A stretch of DNA of 64,000 nucleotides from positions 1,922,001 through 1,986,000 of the forward strand of contig OZ059896.1 of assembly GCA_964057225.1 (NCBI GenBank). The letters run 5' to 3'. Below the pieces are notes generated by a model that did not search any database, was not told the DNA's origin, and saw only the letters and a program-made list of their open reading frames with translations. This document shows positions 1 through 15,000 of this stretch, piece by piece (the first letter of the stretch is position 1; every line of letters begins with the position of its first letter). The position numbers were made by a program, and so were the translations under genes. This DNA comes from Auanema rhodensis (Eukaryota > Animalia > Nematoda).

Positions 1-3000
1 ATAACTAATTTTTGTATTGAGCGTTTCTCCATGTAGTATAGTGCATTCGATGCGGATTTTTAAGCTGCGTCGATCTGTGTTATCAGATTTGCGCTAGCTT
101 GAAAATGCACCGAGATATCAACTGATATAGGTTCACACTTATATCCTCGATTTTCACCCTGAAGATTTAATTTTTTCGTTGAATAACATTGTCCATCGTC
201 TTTGTCTTGAAAAAAGGAATCTAAAAACATCTACTTTTTGTGAAATTATTTCGAAATTTTTCGGGAAAATTTTTGTCAAAATGTTTTTGGAAGCATTGTT
301 GAGTGTACATGGAAACTCAACATACACTAATGCATCATTTTTCAAACGATCATAACTAATTTTTGTATTGAGCGTTTCTCCATGTAGTATAGTGCATTCG
401 ATGCGGATTTTTAAGCTGCGTCGATCTGTGTTATCAGATTTGCGCTAGCTTGAAAATGCACCGAGATATCAACTGATATAGGTTCACACTTATATCCTCG
501 ATTTTCACCGTGAAGAATTAATTTTTTTGTTGAATAACAATGTCCATCGTCTTTGTCTTGAAAAAAGGAATCTAAAAACATCTACTTTTTGTGAAATTAT
601 TTTGAAATTTTTCGTGAAAATTTTTGTCAAAATGTTTTTGGAAGCATTGTTGAGTGTACATGGAAACTCAACATACACTAATGCATCATTTTTCAAACGA
701 TCATAACTAATTTTTGTATTGAGCGTTTCTCCATGTAGTATAGTGCATTCGATGCGGATTTTTAAGCTGCGTCGATCTGTGTTATCAGATTTGCGCTAGC
801 TTGAAAATGCACCGAGATATCAACTGATATAGGTTCACACTTATATCCTCGATTTTCACCGTGAAGAATTAATTTTTTTGTTGAATAACAATGTCCATCG
901 TCTTTGTCTTGAAAAAAGGAATCTAAAAACATCTACTTTTTGTGAAATTATTTTGAAATTTTTCGGGAAAATTTTTGTCAAAATGTTTTTGGAAGCATTG
1001 TTGAGTGTACATGGAAACTCAACATACACTAATGCCTCATTTTTCAAACGATCATAACTAATTTTTGTATTGAGCGTTTCTCCATGTAGTATAGTGCATT
1101 CAATGCGGATTTTTAAGCTGCGTCGATCTGTGTTATCAGATTTGCGCTAGCTTGAAAATGCACCGAGATATCAACTGATATAGGTTCACACTTATATCCT
1201 CGATTTTCACCCTGAAGATTTAATTTTTTCGTTGAATAACATTGTCCATCGTCTTTGTCTTGAAAAAAGGAATCTAAAAACATCTACTTTTTGTGAAATT
1301 ATTTTGAAATTTTTCGGGAAAATTTTTGTCAAAATGTTTTTGGAAGCATTGTTGAGTGTACATGGAAACTCAACATACACTAATGCATCATTTTTCAAAC
1401 GATCATAACTAATTTTTGTATTGAGCGTTTCTCCATGTAGTATAGTGCATTCGATGCGGATTTTTAAGCTGCGTCGATCTGTGTTATCAGATTTGCGCTA
1501 GCTTGAAAATGCACCGAGATATCAACTGATATAGGTTCACACTTATATCCTCGATTTTCACCCTGAAGATTTAATTTTTTCGTTGAATAACATTGTCCAT
1601 CGTCTTTGTCTTGAAAAAAGGAATCTAAAAACATCTACTTTTTGTGAAATTATTTTGAAATTTTTCGGGAAAATTTTTGTCAAAATGTTTTTGGAAGCAT
1701 TGTTGAGTGTACATGAAAACTCAACATACACTAATGCATCATTTTTCAAACGATCATAACTAATTTTTGTATTGAGCGTTTCTCCATGTAGTATAGTGCA
1801 TTCGATGCGGATTTTTAAGCTGCGTCGATCTGTGTTATCAGATTTGCGCTAGCTTAAAAATGCACCGAGATATCAACTGATATAAGTTCACACTTATATC
1901 CTCGATTTTCACCCTGAAGAATTAATTTTTTTGTTGAATAACAATGTCCATCGTCTTTGTCTTGAAAAAAGGAATCTAAAAACATCTACTTTTTGTGAAA
2001 TTATTTTGAAATTTTTCGGGAAAATTTTTGTCAAAATGTTTTTGGAAGCAATGTTGAGTGTACATGGAAACTCAACATACACTAATGCATCATTTTTCAA
2101 ACGATCATAACTAATTTTTGTATTGAGTGTTTCCCAATGTAGTATAGTGCATTCGATGCGGATTTTTAAGCTGCGTCGATCTGTGTTATCAGATTTGCGC
2201 TAGCTTGAAAATGCACCGAGATATCAACTGATATAGGTTCACACTTATATCCTCGATTTTCACCGTGAAGAATTAATTTTTTCGTTGAATAACAATGTCC
2301 ATCGTCTTTGTCTTGAAAAAAGGAATCTAAAAACATCTACTTTTTGTAAATTTATTCTGAAATTTTTCGGGAAAATGTTTGTCAAAATGTTTTTGGAAGC
2401 AATGTTGAGTGTACATGGAAACTCAACATACACTAATGCATCATTTTTCAAACAATCATAACTAATTTTTGTATTGAGCGTTTCTTAATGTAGTATAGTA
2501 CATTCGATGCGGATTTTTAAGCTGCGTCGATCTGTGTTATCAGATTTGCGCTAGCTTAAAAATGAACCGAGATATCAACTGATATAGGTTCACACTTATA
2601 TCCTCGATTTTCACCCTGAAGATTTAATTTTTTCGTTGAATAACATTGTCCATCGTCTTTGTCTTGAAAAAAGGAATCTAAAAACATCTACTTTTTGTGA
2701 AATTATTTCGAAATTTTTCGGGAAAATTTTTGTCAAAATGTTTTTGGAAGCATTGTTGAGTGTACATGGAAACTCAACATACACTAATGCATCATTTTTC
2801 AAACGATCATAACTAATTTTTGTATTGAGCGTTTCTCCATGTAGTATAGTGCATTCGATGCGGATTTTTAAGCTGCGTCGATCTGTGTTATCAGATTTGC
2901 GCTAGCTTGAAAATGCACCGAGATATCAACTGATATAGGTTCACACTTATATCCTCGATTTTCACCGTGAAGAATTAATTTTTTTGTTGAATAACAATGT

Positions 3001-6000
3001 CCATCGTCTTTGTCTTGAAAAAAGGAATCTAAAAACATCTACTTTTTGTGAAATTATTTTGAAATTTTTCGGGAAAATTTTTGTCAAAATGTTTTTGGAA
3101 GCATTGTTGAGTGTACATGGAAACTCAACATACACTAATGCATCATTTTTCAAACGATCATAACTAATTTTTGTATTGAGTGTTTCCCAATGTAGTATAG
3201 TGCATTCGATGTGGATTTTTAAGCTGCGTCGATCTGTGTTATCAGATTTGCGCTAGCTTAAAAATGCACCGAGATATCAACTGATATAAGTTCACACTTA
3301 TATCCTCGATTTTCACCCTGAAGAATTAATTTTTTTGTTGAATAACAATGTCCATCGTCTTTGTCTTGAAAAAAGGAATCTAAAAACATCTACTTTTTGT
3401 GAAATTATTTCGAAATTTTTCGGGAAAATTTTTGTCAAAATGTTTTTGGAAGCAATGTTGAGTGTACATGGAAACTCAACATACACTAATGCATCATTTT
3501 TCAAACGATCATAACTAATTTTTGTATTGAGCGTTTCTCCATGTAGTATAGTGCATTCGATGCGGATTTTTAAGCTGCGTCGATCTGTGTTATCAGATTT
3601 GCGCTAGCTTGAAAATGCACCGAGATATCAACTGATATAGGTTCACACTTATATCCTCGATTTTCACCGTGAAGAATTAATTTTTTCGTTGAATAACAAT
3701 GTCCATCGTCTTTGTCTTGAAAAAAGGAATCTAAAAACATCTACTTTTTGTAAATTTATTCTGAAATTTTTCGGGAAAATGTTTGTCAAAATGTTTTTGG
3801 AAGCAATGTTGAGTGTACATGGAAACTCAACATACACTAATGCATCATTTTTCAAACAATCATAACTAATTTTTGTATTGAGCGTTTCTTAATGTAGTAT
3901 AGTACATTCGATGCGGATTTTTAAGCTGCGTCGATCTGTGTTATCAGATTTGCGCTAGCTTAAAAATGAACCGAGATATCAACTGATATAGGTTCACACT
4001 TATATCCTCGATTTTCACCCTGAAGATTTAATTTTTTCGTTGAATAACATTGTCCATCGTCTTTGTCTTGAAAAAAGAAATCTAAAAACATCTACTTTTT
4101 GTGAAATTATTTCGAAATTTTTCGGGAAAATTTTTGTCAAAATGTTTTTGGAAGCATTGTTGAGTGTACATGGAAACTCAACATACACTAATGCATCATT
4201 TTTCAAACGATCATAACTAATTTTTGTATTGAGCGTTTCTCCATGTAGTATAGTGCATTCGATGCGAATTTTTAAGCTGCGTCGATCTGTGTTATCAGAT
4301 TTGCGCTAGCTTGAAAATGCACCGAGATATCAACTGATATAGGTTCACACTTATATCCTCGATTTTCACCGTGAAGAATTAATTTTTTTGTTGAATAACA
4401 ATGTCCATCGTCTTTGTCTTGAAAAAAGGAATCTAAAAACATCTACTTTTTGTGAAATTATTTTGAAATTTTTCGGGAAAATTTTTGTCAAAATGTTTTT
4501 GGAAGCATTGTTGAGTGTACATGGAAACTCAACATACACTAATGCATCATTTTTCAAACGATCATAACTAATTTTTGTATTGAGTGTTTCCCAATGTAGT
4601 ATAGTGCATTCGATGTGGATTTTTAAGCTGCGTCGATCTGTGTTATCAGATTTGCGCTAGCTTAAAAATGCACCGAGATATCAACTGATATAAGTTCACA
4701 CTTATATCCTCGATTTTCACCCTGAAGAATTAATTTTTTTGTTGAATAACAATGTCCATCGTCTTTGTCTTGAAAAAAGGAATCTAAAAACATCTACTTT
4801 TTGTGAAATTATTTTGAAATTTTTCGGGAAAATTTTTGTCAAAATGTTTTTGGAAGCAATGTTGAGTGTACATGGAAACTCAACATACACTAATGCATCA
4901 TTTTTCAAACGATCATAACTAATTTTTGTATTGAGCGTTTCTCCATGTAGTATAGTGCATTCGATGCGGATTTTTAAGCTGCGTCGATCTGTGTTATCAG
5001 ATTTGCGCTAGCTTAAAAATGCACCGAGATATCAACTGATATAGGTTCACACTTATATCCTCGATTTTCACCCTGAAGATTTAATTTTTTCGTTGAATAA
5101 CATTGTCCATCGTCTTTGTCTTGAAAAAAGGAATCTAAAAACATCTACTTTTTGTGAAATTATTTTGAAATTTTTCGGGAAAATTTTTGTCAAAATGTTT
5201 TTGGAAGCATTGTTGAGTGTACATGGAAACTCAACATACACTAATGCATCATTTTTCAAACGATCATAACTAATTTTTGTATTGAGCGTTTCTCCATGTA
5301 GTATAGTGCATTCGATGCGGATTTTTAAGCTGCGTCGATCTGTGTTATCAGATTTGCGCTAGCTTGAAAATGCACCGAGATATCAACTGATATAGGTTCA
5401 CACTTATATCCTCGATTTTCACCCTGAAGATTTAATTTTTTCGTTGAATAACATTGGTCCATCGTCTTTGTCTTGAAAAAAGGAATCTAAAAACATCTAC
5501 TTTTTGTGAAATTATTTTGAAATTTTTCGGGAAAATTTTTGTCAAAATGTTTTTGGAAGCATTGTTGAGTGTACATGAAAACTCAACATACACTAATGCA
5601 TCATTTTTCAAACGATCATAACTAATTTTTGTATTGAGCGTTTCTCCATGTAGTATAGTGCATTCGATGCGGATTTTTAAGCTGCGTCGATCTGTGTTAT
5701 CAGATTTGCGCTAGCTTAAAAATGCACCGAGATATCAACTGATATAAGTTCACACTTATATCCTCGATTTTCACCCTGAAGAATTAATTTTTTTGTTGAA
5801 TAACAATGTCCATCGTCTTTGTCTTGAAAAAAGAAATCTAAAAACATCTACTTTTTGTGAAATTATTTTGAAATTTTTCGGGAAAATTTTTGTCAAAATG
5901 TTTTTGGAAGCAATGTTGAGTGTACATGGAAACTCAACATACACTAATGCATCATTTTTCAAACGATCATAACTAATTTTTGTATTGAGTGTTTCCCAAT

Positions 6001-9000
6001 GTAGTATAGTGCATTCGATGCGGATTTTTAAGCTGCGTCGATCTGTGTTATCAGATTTGCGCTAGCTTAAAAATGAACCGAGATATCAACTGATATAGGT
6101 TCACACTTATATCCTCGATTTTCACCCTGAAGATTTAATTTTTTCGTTGAATAACATTGTCCATCGTCTTTGTCTTGAAAAAAGGAATCTAAAAACATCT
6201 ACTTTTTGTAAAATTATTTCGAAATTTTTCGGGAAAATTTTTGTCAAAATGTTTTTGGAAGCATTGTTGAGTGTACATGGAAACTCAACATACACTAATG
6301 CATCATTTTTCAAACGATCATAACTAATTTTTGTATTGAGCGTTTCTTCATGTAGTATAGTGCATTCGATGCGGATTTTTAAGCTGCGTCGATCTGTGTT
6401 ATCAGATTTGCGCTAGCTTAAAAATGCACCGAGATATCAACTGATATAAGTTCACACTTATATCCTCGATTTTCACCCTGAAGAGTTAATTTTTTTGTTG
6501 AATAACAATGTCCATCGTCTTTGTCTTGAAAAAAGGAATCTAAAAACATCTACTTTTTGTGAAATTATTTTGAAATTTTTCGGGAAAATCTTTGTCAAAA
6601 TGTTTTTGGAAGCAATGTTGAGTGTACATGGAAACTCAACATACACTAATGCATCATTTTTCAAACGATCATAACTAATTTTTGTATTGAGCGTTTCTCC
6701 ATGTAGTATAGTGCATTCGATGCGGATTTTTAAGCTGCGTCGATCTGTGTTATCAGATTTGCGCTAGCTTAAAAATGCACCGAGATATCAACTGATATAA
6801 GTTCACACTTATATCCTCGATTTTCACCCTGAAGAATTAATTTTTTTGTTGAATAACAATGTCCATCGTCTTTGTCTTGAAAAAAGAAATCTAAAAACAT
6901 CTACTTTTTGTGAAATTATTTTGAAATTTTTCGGGAAAATTTTTGTCAAAATGTTTTTGGAAGCAATGTTGAGTGTACATGGAAACTCAACATACACTAA
7001 TGCATCATTTTTCAAACGATCATAACTAATTTTTGTATTGAGTGTTTCCCAATGTAGTATAGTGCATTCGATGCGGATTTTTAAGCTGCGTCGATCTGTG
7101 TTATCAGATTTGCGCTAGCTTAAAAATGAACCGAGATATCAACTGATATAGGTTCACACTTATATCCTCGATTTTCACCCTGAAGATTTAATTTTTTCGT
7201 TGAATAACATTGTCCATCGTCTTTGTCTTGAAAAAAGGAATCTAAAAACATCTACTTTTTGTAAAATTATTTCGAAATTTTTCGGGAAAATTTTTGTCAA
7301 AATGTTTTTGGAAGCATTGTTGAGTGTACATGGAAACTCAACATACACTAATGCATCATTTTTCAAACGATCATAACTAATTTTTGTATTGAGCGTTTCT
7401 CCATGTAGTATAGTGCATTCGATGCGGATTTTTAAGCTGCGTCGATCTGTGTTATCAGATTTGCGCTAGCTTAAAAATGCACCGAGATATCAACTGATAT
7501 AAGTTCACACTTATATCCTCGATTTTCACCCTGAAGAATTAATTTTTTTGTTGAATAACAATGTCCATCGTCTTTGTCTTGAAAAAAGGAATCTAAAAAC
7601 ATCTACTTTTTGTGAAATTATTTTGAAATTTTTCGGGAAAATTTTTGTCAAAATGTTTTTGGAAGCAATGTTGAGTGTACATGGAAACTCAACATACACT
7701 AATGCATCATTTTTCAAACGATCATAACTAATTTTTGTATTGAGCGTTTCTCCATGTAGTATAGTGCATTCGATGCGGATTTTTAAGCTGCGTCGATCTG
7801 TGTTATCAGATTTGCGCTAGCTTAAAAATGCACCGAGATATCAACTGATATAAGTTCACACTTATATCCTCGATTTTCACCCTGAAGAATTAATTTTTTT
7901 GTTGAATAACAATGTCCATCGTCTTTGTCTTGAAAAAAGAAATCTAAAAACATCTACTTTTTGTGAAATTATTTTGAAATTTTTCGGGAAAATTTTTGTC
8001 AAAATGTTTTTGGAAGCAATGTTGAGTGTACATGGAAACTCAACATACACTAATGCATCATTTTTCAAACGATCATAACTAATTTTTGTATTGAGTGTTT
8101 CCCAATGTAGTATAGTGCATTCGATGCGGATTTTTAAGCTGCGTCGATCTGTGTTATCAGATTTGCGCTAGCTTAAAAATGAACCGAGATATCAACTGAT
8201 ATAGGTTCACACTTATATCCTCGATTTTCACCCTGAAGATTTAATTTTTTCGTTGAATAACATTGTCCATCGTCTTTGTCTTGAAAAAAGGAATCTAAAA
8301 ACATCTACTTTTTGTAAAATTATTTCGAAATTTTTCGGGAAAATTTTTGTCAAAATGTTTTTGGAAGCATTGTTGAGTGTACATGGAAACTCAACATACA
8401 CTAATGCATCATTTTTCAAACGATCATAACTAATTTTTGTATTGAGCGTTTCTCCATGTAGTATAGTGCATTCGATGCGGATTTTTAAGCTGCGTCGATC
8501 TGTGTTATCAGATTTGCGCTAGCTTAAAAATGCACCGAGATATCAACTGATATAAGTTCACACTTATATCCTCGATTTTCACCCTGAAGAATTAATTTTT
8601 TTGTTGAATAACAATGTCCATCGTCTTTGTCTTGAAAAAAGGAATCTAAAAACATCTACTTTTTGTGAAATTATTTTGAAATTTTTCGGGAAAATTTTTG
8701 TCAAAATGTTTTTGGAAGCAATGTTGAGTGTACATGGAAACTCAACATACACTAATGCATCATTTTTCAAACGATCATAACTAATTTTTGTATTGAGTGT
8801 TTCCCAATGTAGTATAGTGCATTCGATGCGGATTTTTAAGCTGCGTCGATCTGTGTTATCAGATTTGCGCTAGCTTGAAAATGCACCGAGATATCAACTG
8901 ATATAGGTTCACACTTATATCCTCGATTTTCACCGTGAAGAATTAATTTTTTCGTTGAATAACAATGTCCATCGTCTTTGTCTTGAAAAAAGGAATCTAA

Positions 9001-12000
9001 AAACATCTACTTTTTGTAAATTTATTCTGAAATTTTTCGGGAAAATGTTTGTCAAAATGTTTTTGGAAGCAATGTTGAGTGTACATGGAAACTCAACATA
9101 CACTAATGCATCATTTTTCAAACAATCATAACTAATTTTTGTATTGAGCGTTTCTTAATGTAGTATAGTACATTCGATGCGGATTTTTAAGCTGCGTCGA
9201 TCTGTGTTATCAGATTTGCGCTAGCTTAAAAATGAACCGAGATATCAACTGATATAGGTTCACACTTATATCCTCGATTTTCACCCTGAAGATTTAATTT
9301 TTTCGTTGAATAACATTGTCCATCGTCTTTGTCTTGAAAAAAGGAATCTAAAAACATCTACTTTTTGTGAAATTATTTCGAAATTTTTCGGGAAAATTTT
9401 TGTCAAAATGTTTTTGGAAGCATTGTTGAGTGTACATGGAAACTCAACATACACTAATGCATCATTTTTCAAACGATCATAACTAATTTTTGTATTGAGC
9501 GTTTCTCCATGTAGTATAGTGCATTCGATGCGAATTTTTAAGCTGCGTCGATCTGTGTTATCAGATTTGCGCTAGCTTGAAAATGCACCGAGATATCAAC
9601 TGATATAGGTTCACACTTATATCCTCGATTTTCACCGTGAAGAATTAATTTTTTTGTTGAATAACAATGTCCATCGTCTTTGTCTTGGAAAAAGGAATCT
9701 AAAAACATCTACTTTTTGTGAAATTATTTTGAAATTTTTCGGGAAAATTTTTGTCAAAATGTTTTTGGAAGCATTGTTGAGTGTACATGGAAACTCAACA
9801 TACACTAATGCATCATTTTTCAAACGATCATAACTAATTTTTGTATTGAGTGTTTCCCAATGTAGTATAGTGCATTCGATGTGGATTTTTAAGCTGCGTC
9901 GATCTGTGTTATCAGATTTGCGCTAGCTTAAAAATGCACCGAGATATCAACTGATATAAGTTCACACTTATATCCTCGATTTTCACCCTGAAGAATTAAT
10001 TTTTTTGTTGAATAACAATGTCCATCGTCTTTGTCTTGAAAAAAGGAATCTAAAAACATCTACTTTTTGTGAAATTATTTTGAAATTTTTCGGGAAAATT
10101 TTTGTCAAAATGTTTTTGGAAGCAATGTTGAGTGTACATGGAAACTCAACATACACTAATGCATCATTTTTCAAACGATCATAACTAATTTTTGTATTGA
10201 GTGTTTCCCAATGTAGTATAGTGCATTCGATGCGGATTTTTAAGCTGCGTCGATCTGTGTTATCAGATTTGCGCTAGCTTGAAAATGCACCGAGATATCA
10301 ACTGATATAGGTTCACACTTATATCCTCGATTTTCACCGTGAAGAATTAATTTTTTCGTTGAATAACAATGTCCATCGTCTTTGTCTTGAAAAAAGGAAT
10401 CTAAAAACATCTACTTTTTGTAAATTTATTCTGAAATTTTTCGGGAAAATGTTTGTCAAAATGTTTTTGGAAGCAATGTTGAGTGTACATGGAAACTCAA
10501 CATACACTAATGCATCATTTTTCAAACAATCATAACTAATTTTTGTATTGAGCGTTTCTTAATGTAGTATAGTACATTCGATGCGGATTTTTAAGCTGCG
10601 TCGATCTGTGTTATCAGATTTGCGCTAGCTTAAAAATGAACCGAGATATCAACTGATATAGGTTCACACTTATATCCTCGATTTTCACCCTGAAGATTTA
10701 ATTTTTTCGTTGAATAACATTGTCCATCGTCTTTGTCTTGAAAAAAGGAATCTAAAAACATCTACTTTTTGTGAAATTATTTCGAAATTTTTCGGGAAAA
10801 TTTTTGTCAAAATGTTTTTGGAAGCATTGTTGAGTGTACATGGAAACTCAACATACACTAATGCATCATTTTTCAAACGATCATAACTAATTTTTGTATT
10901 GAGCGTTTCTCCATGTAGTATAGTGCATTCGATGCGAATTTTTAAGCTGCGTCGATCTGTGTTATCAGATTTGCGCTAGCTTGAAAATGCACCGAGATAT
11001 CAACTGATATAGGTTCACACTTATATCCTCGATTTTCACCGTGAAGAATTAATTTTTTTGTTGAATAACAATGTCCATCGTCTTTGTCTTGGAAAAAGGA
11101 ATCTAAAAACATCTACTTTTTGTGAAATTATTTTGAAATTTTTCGGGAAAATTTTTGTCAAAATGTTTTTGGAAGCATTGTTGAGTGTACATGGAAACTC
11201 AACATACACTAATGCATCATTTTTCAAACGATCATAACTAATTTTTGTATTGAGTGTTTCCCAATGTAGTATAGTGCATTCGATGTGGATTTTTAAGCTG
11301 CGTCGATCTGTGTTATCAGATTTGCGCTAGCTTAAAAATGCACCGAGATATCAACTGATATAAGTTCACACTTATATCCTCGATTTTCACCCTGAAGAAT
11401 TAATTTTTTTGTTGAATAACAATGTCCATCGTCTTTGTCTTGAAAAAAGGAATCTAAAAACATCTACTTTTTGTGAAATTATTTTGAAATTTTTCGGGAA
11501 AATTTTTGTCAAAATGTTTTTGGAAGCAATGTTGAGTGTACATGGAAACTCAACATACACTAATGCATCATTTTTCAAACGATCATAACTAATTTTTGTA
11601 TTGAGCGTTTCTCCATGTAGTATAGTGCATTCGATGCGGATTTTTAAGCTGCGTCGATCTGTGTTATCAGATTTGCGCTAGCTTAAAAATGCACCGAGAT
11701 ATCAACTGATATAGGTTCACACTTATATCCTCGATTTTCACCCTGAAGATTTAATTTTTTCGTTGAATAACATTGTCCATCGTCTTTGTCTTGAAAAAAG
11801 GAATCTAAAAACATCTACTTTTTGTGAAATTATTTTGAAATTTTTCGGGAAAATTTTTGTCAAAATGTTTTTGGAAGCATTGTTGAGTGTACATGGAAAC
11901 TCAACATACACTAATGCATCATTTTTCAAACGATCATAACTAATTTTTGTATTGAGCGTTTCTCCATGTAGTATAGTGCATTCGATGCGGATTTTTAAGC

Positions 12001-15000
12001 TGCGTCGATCTGTGTTATCAGATTTGCGCTAGCTTGAAAATGCACCGAGATATCAACTGATATAGGTTCACACTTATATCCTCGATTTTCACCCTGAAGA
12101 TTTAATTTTTTCGTTGAATAACATTGGTCCATCGTCTTTGTCTTGAAAAAAGGAATCTAAAAACATCTACTTTTTGTGAAATTATTTTGAAATTTTTCGG
12201 GAAAATTTTTGTCAAAATGTTTTTGGAAGCATTGTTGAGTGTACATGGAAACTCAACATACACTAATGCATCATTTTTCAAACGATCATAACTAATTTTT
12301 GTATTGAGCGTTTCTCCATGTAGTATAGTGCATTCGATGCGGATTTTTAAGCTGCGTCGATCTGTGTTATCAGATTTGCGCTAGCTTGAAAATGCACCGA
12401 GATATCAACTGATATAGGTTCACACTTATATCCTCGATTTTCACCCTGAAGATTTAATTTTTTCGTTGAATAACATTGGTCCATCGTCTTTGTCTTGAAA
12501 AAAGGAATCTAAAAACATCTACTTTTTGTGAAATTATTTTGAAATTTTTCGGGAAAATTTTTGTCAAAATGTTTTTGGAAGCATTGTTGAGTGTACATGG
12601 AAACTCAACATACACTAATGCATCATTTTTCAAACGATCATAACTAATTTTTGTATTGAGCGTTTCTCCATGTAGTATAGTGCATTCGATGCGGATTTTT
12701 AAGCTGCGTCGATCTGTGTTATCAGATTTGCGCTAGCTTGAAAATGCACCGAGATATCAACTGATATAGGTTCACACTTATATCCTCGATTTTCACCCTG
12801 AAGATTTAATTTTTTCGTTGAATAACATTGTCCATCGTCTTTGTCTTGAAAAAAGGAATCTAAAAACATCTACTTTTTGTGAAATTATTTTGAAATTTTT
12901 CGGGAAAATTTTTGTCAAAATGTTTTTGGAAGCATTGTTGAGTGTACATGGAAACTCAACATACACTAATGCATCATTTTTCAAACGATCATAACTAATT
13001 TTTGTATTGAGCGTTTCTCCATGTAGTATAGTGCATTCGATGCGGATTTTTAAGCTGCGTCGATCTGTGTTATCAGATTTGCGCTAGCTTGAAAATGCAC
13101 CGAGATATCAACTGATATAGGTTCACACTTATATCCTCGATTTTCACCCTGAAGATTTAATTTTTTCGTTGAATAACATTGGTCCATCGTCTTTGTCTTG
13201 AAAAAAGGAATCTAAAAACATCTACTTTTTGTGAAATTATTTTGAAATTTTTCGGGAAAATTTTTGTCAAAATGTTTTTGGAAGCATTGTTGAGTGTACA
13301 TGGAAACTCAACATACACTAATGCATCATTTTTCAAACGATCATAACTAATTTTTGTATTGAGCGTTTCTCCATGTAGTATAGTGCATTCGATGCGGATT
13401 TTTAAGCTGCGTCGATCTGTGTTATCAGATTTGCGCTAGCTTGAAAATGCACCGAGATATCAACTGATATAGGTTCACACTTATATCCTCGATTTTCACC
13501 GTGAAGAATTAATTTTTTTGTTGAATAACAATGTCCATCGTCTTTGTCTTGGAAAAAGGAATCTAAAAACATCTACTTTTTGTGAAATTATTTTGAAATT
13601 TTTCGGGAAAATTTTTGTCAAAATGTTTTTGGAAGCATTGTTGAGTGTAAATGGAAACTCAACATACACTAATGCATCATTTTTCAAACGATCATAACTA
13701 ATTTTTGTATTGAGTGTTTCCCAATGTAGTATAGTGCATTCGATGTGGATTTTTAAGCTGCGTCGATCTGTGTATTATCAGATTTGCGCTAGCTTAAAAA
13801 TGCACCGAGATATCAACTGATATAAGTTCACACTTATATCCTCGATTTTCACCCTGAAGAATTAATTTTTTTGTTGAATAACAATGTCCATCGTCTTTGT
13901 CTTGAAAAAAGGAATCTAAAAACATCTACTTTTTGTGAAATTATTTTGAAATTTTTCGGGAAAATTTTTGTCAAAATGTTTTTGGAAGCAATGTTGAGTG
14001 TACATGGAAACTCAACATACACTAATGCATCATTTTTCAAACGATCATAACTAATTTTTGTATTGAGCGTTTCTCCATGTAGTATAGTGCATTCGATGCG
14101 GATTTTTAAGCTGCGTCGATCTGTGTTATCAGATTTGCGCTAGCTTAAAAATGCACCGAGATATCAACTGATATAGGTTCACACTTATATCCTCGATTTT
14201 CACCCTGAAGATTTAATTTTTTCGTTGAATAACATTGTCCATCGTCTTTGTCTTGAAAAAAGGAATCTAAAAACATCTACTTTTTGTGAAATTATTTTGA
14301 AATTTTTCGGGAAAATTTTTGTCAAAATGTTTTTGGAAGCATTGTTGAGTGTACATGGAAACTCAACATACACTAATGCATCATTTTTCAAACGATCATA
14401 ACTAATTTTTGTATTGAGCGTTTCTCCATGTAGTATAGTGCATTCGATGCGGATTTTTAAGCTGCGTCGATCTGTGTTATCAGATTTGCGCTAGCTTGAA
14501 AATGCACCGAGATATCAACTGATATAGGTTCACACTTATATCCTCGATTTTCACCCTGAAGATTTAATTTTTTCGTTGAATAACATTGGTCCATCGTCTT
14601 TGTCTTGAAAAAAGGAATCTAAAAACATCTACTTTTTGTGAAATTATTTTGAAATTTTTCGGGAAAATTTTTGTCAAAATGTTTTTGGAAGCATTGTTGA
14701 GTGTACATGGAAACTCAACATACACTAATGCATCATTTTTCAAACGATCATAACTAATTTTTGTATTGAGCGTTTCTCCATGTAGTATAGTGCATTCGAT
14801 GCGGATTTTTAAGCTGCGTCGATCTGTGTTATCAGATTTGCGCTAGCTTGAAAATGCACCGAGATATCAACTGATATAGGTTCACACTTATATCCTCGAT
14901 TTTCACCCTGAAGATTTAATTTTTTCGTTGAATAACAATGTCCATCGTCTTTGTCTTGAAAAAAGGAATCTAAAAACATCTACTTTTTGTGAAATTATTT

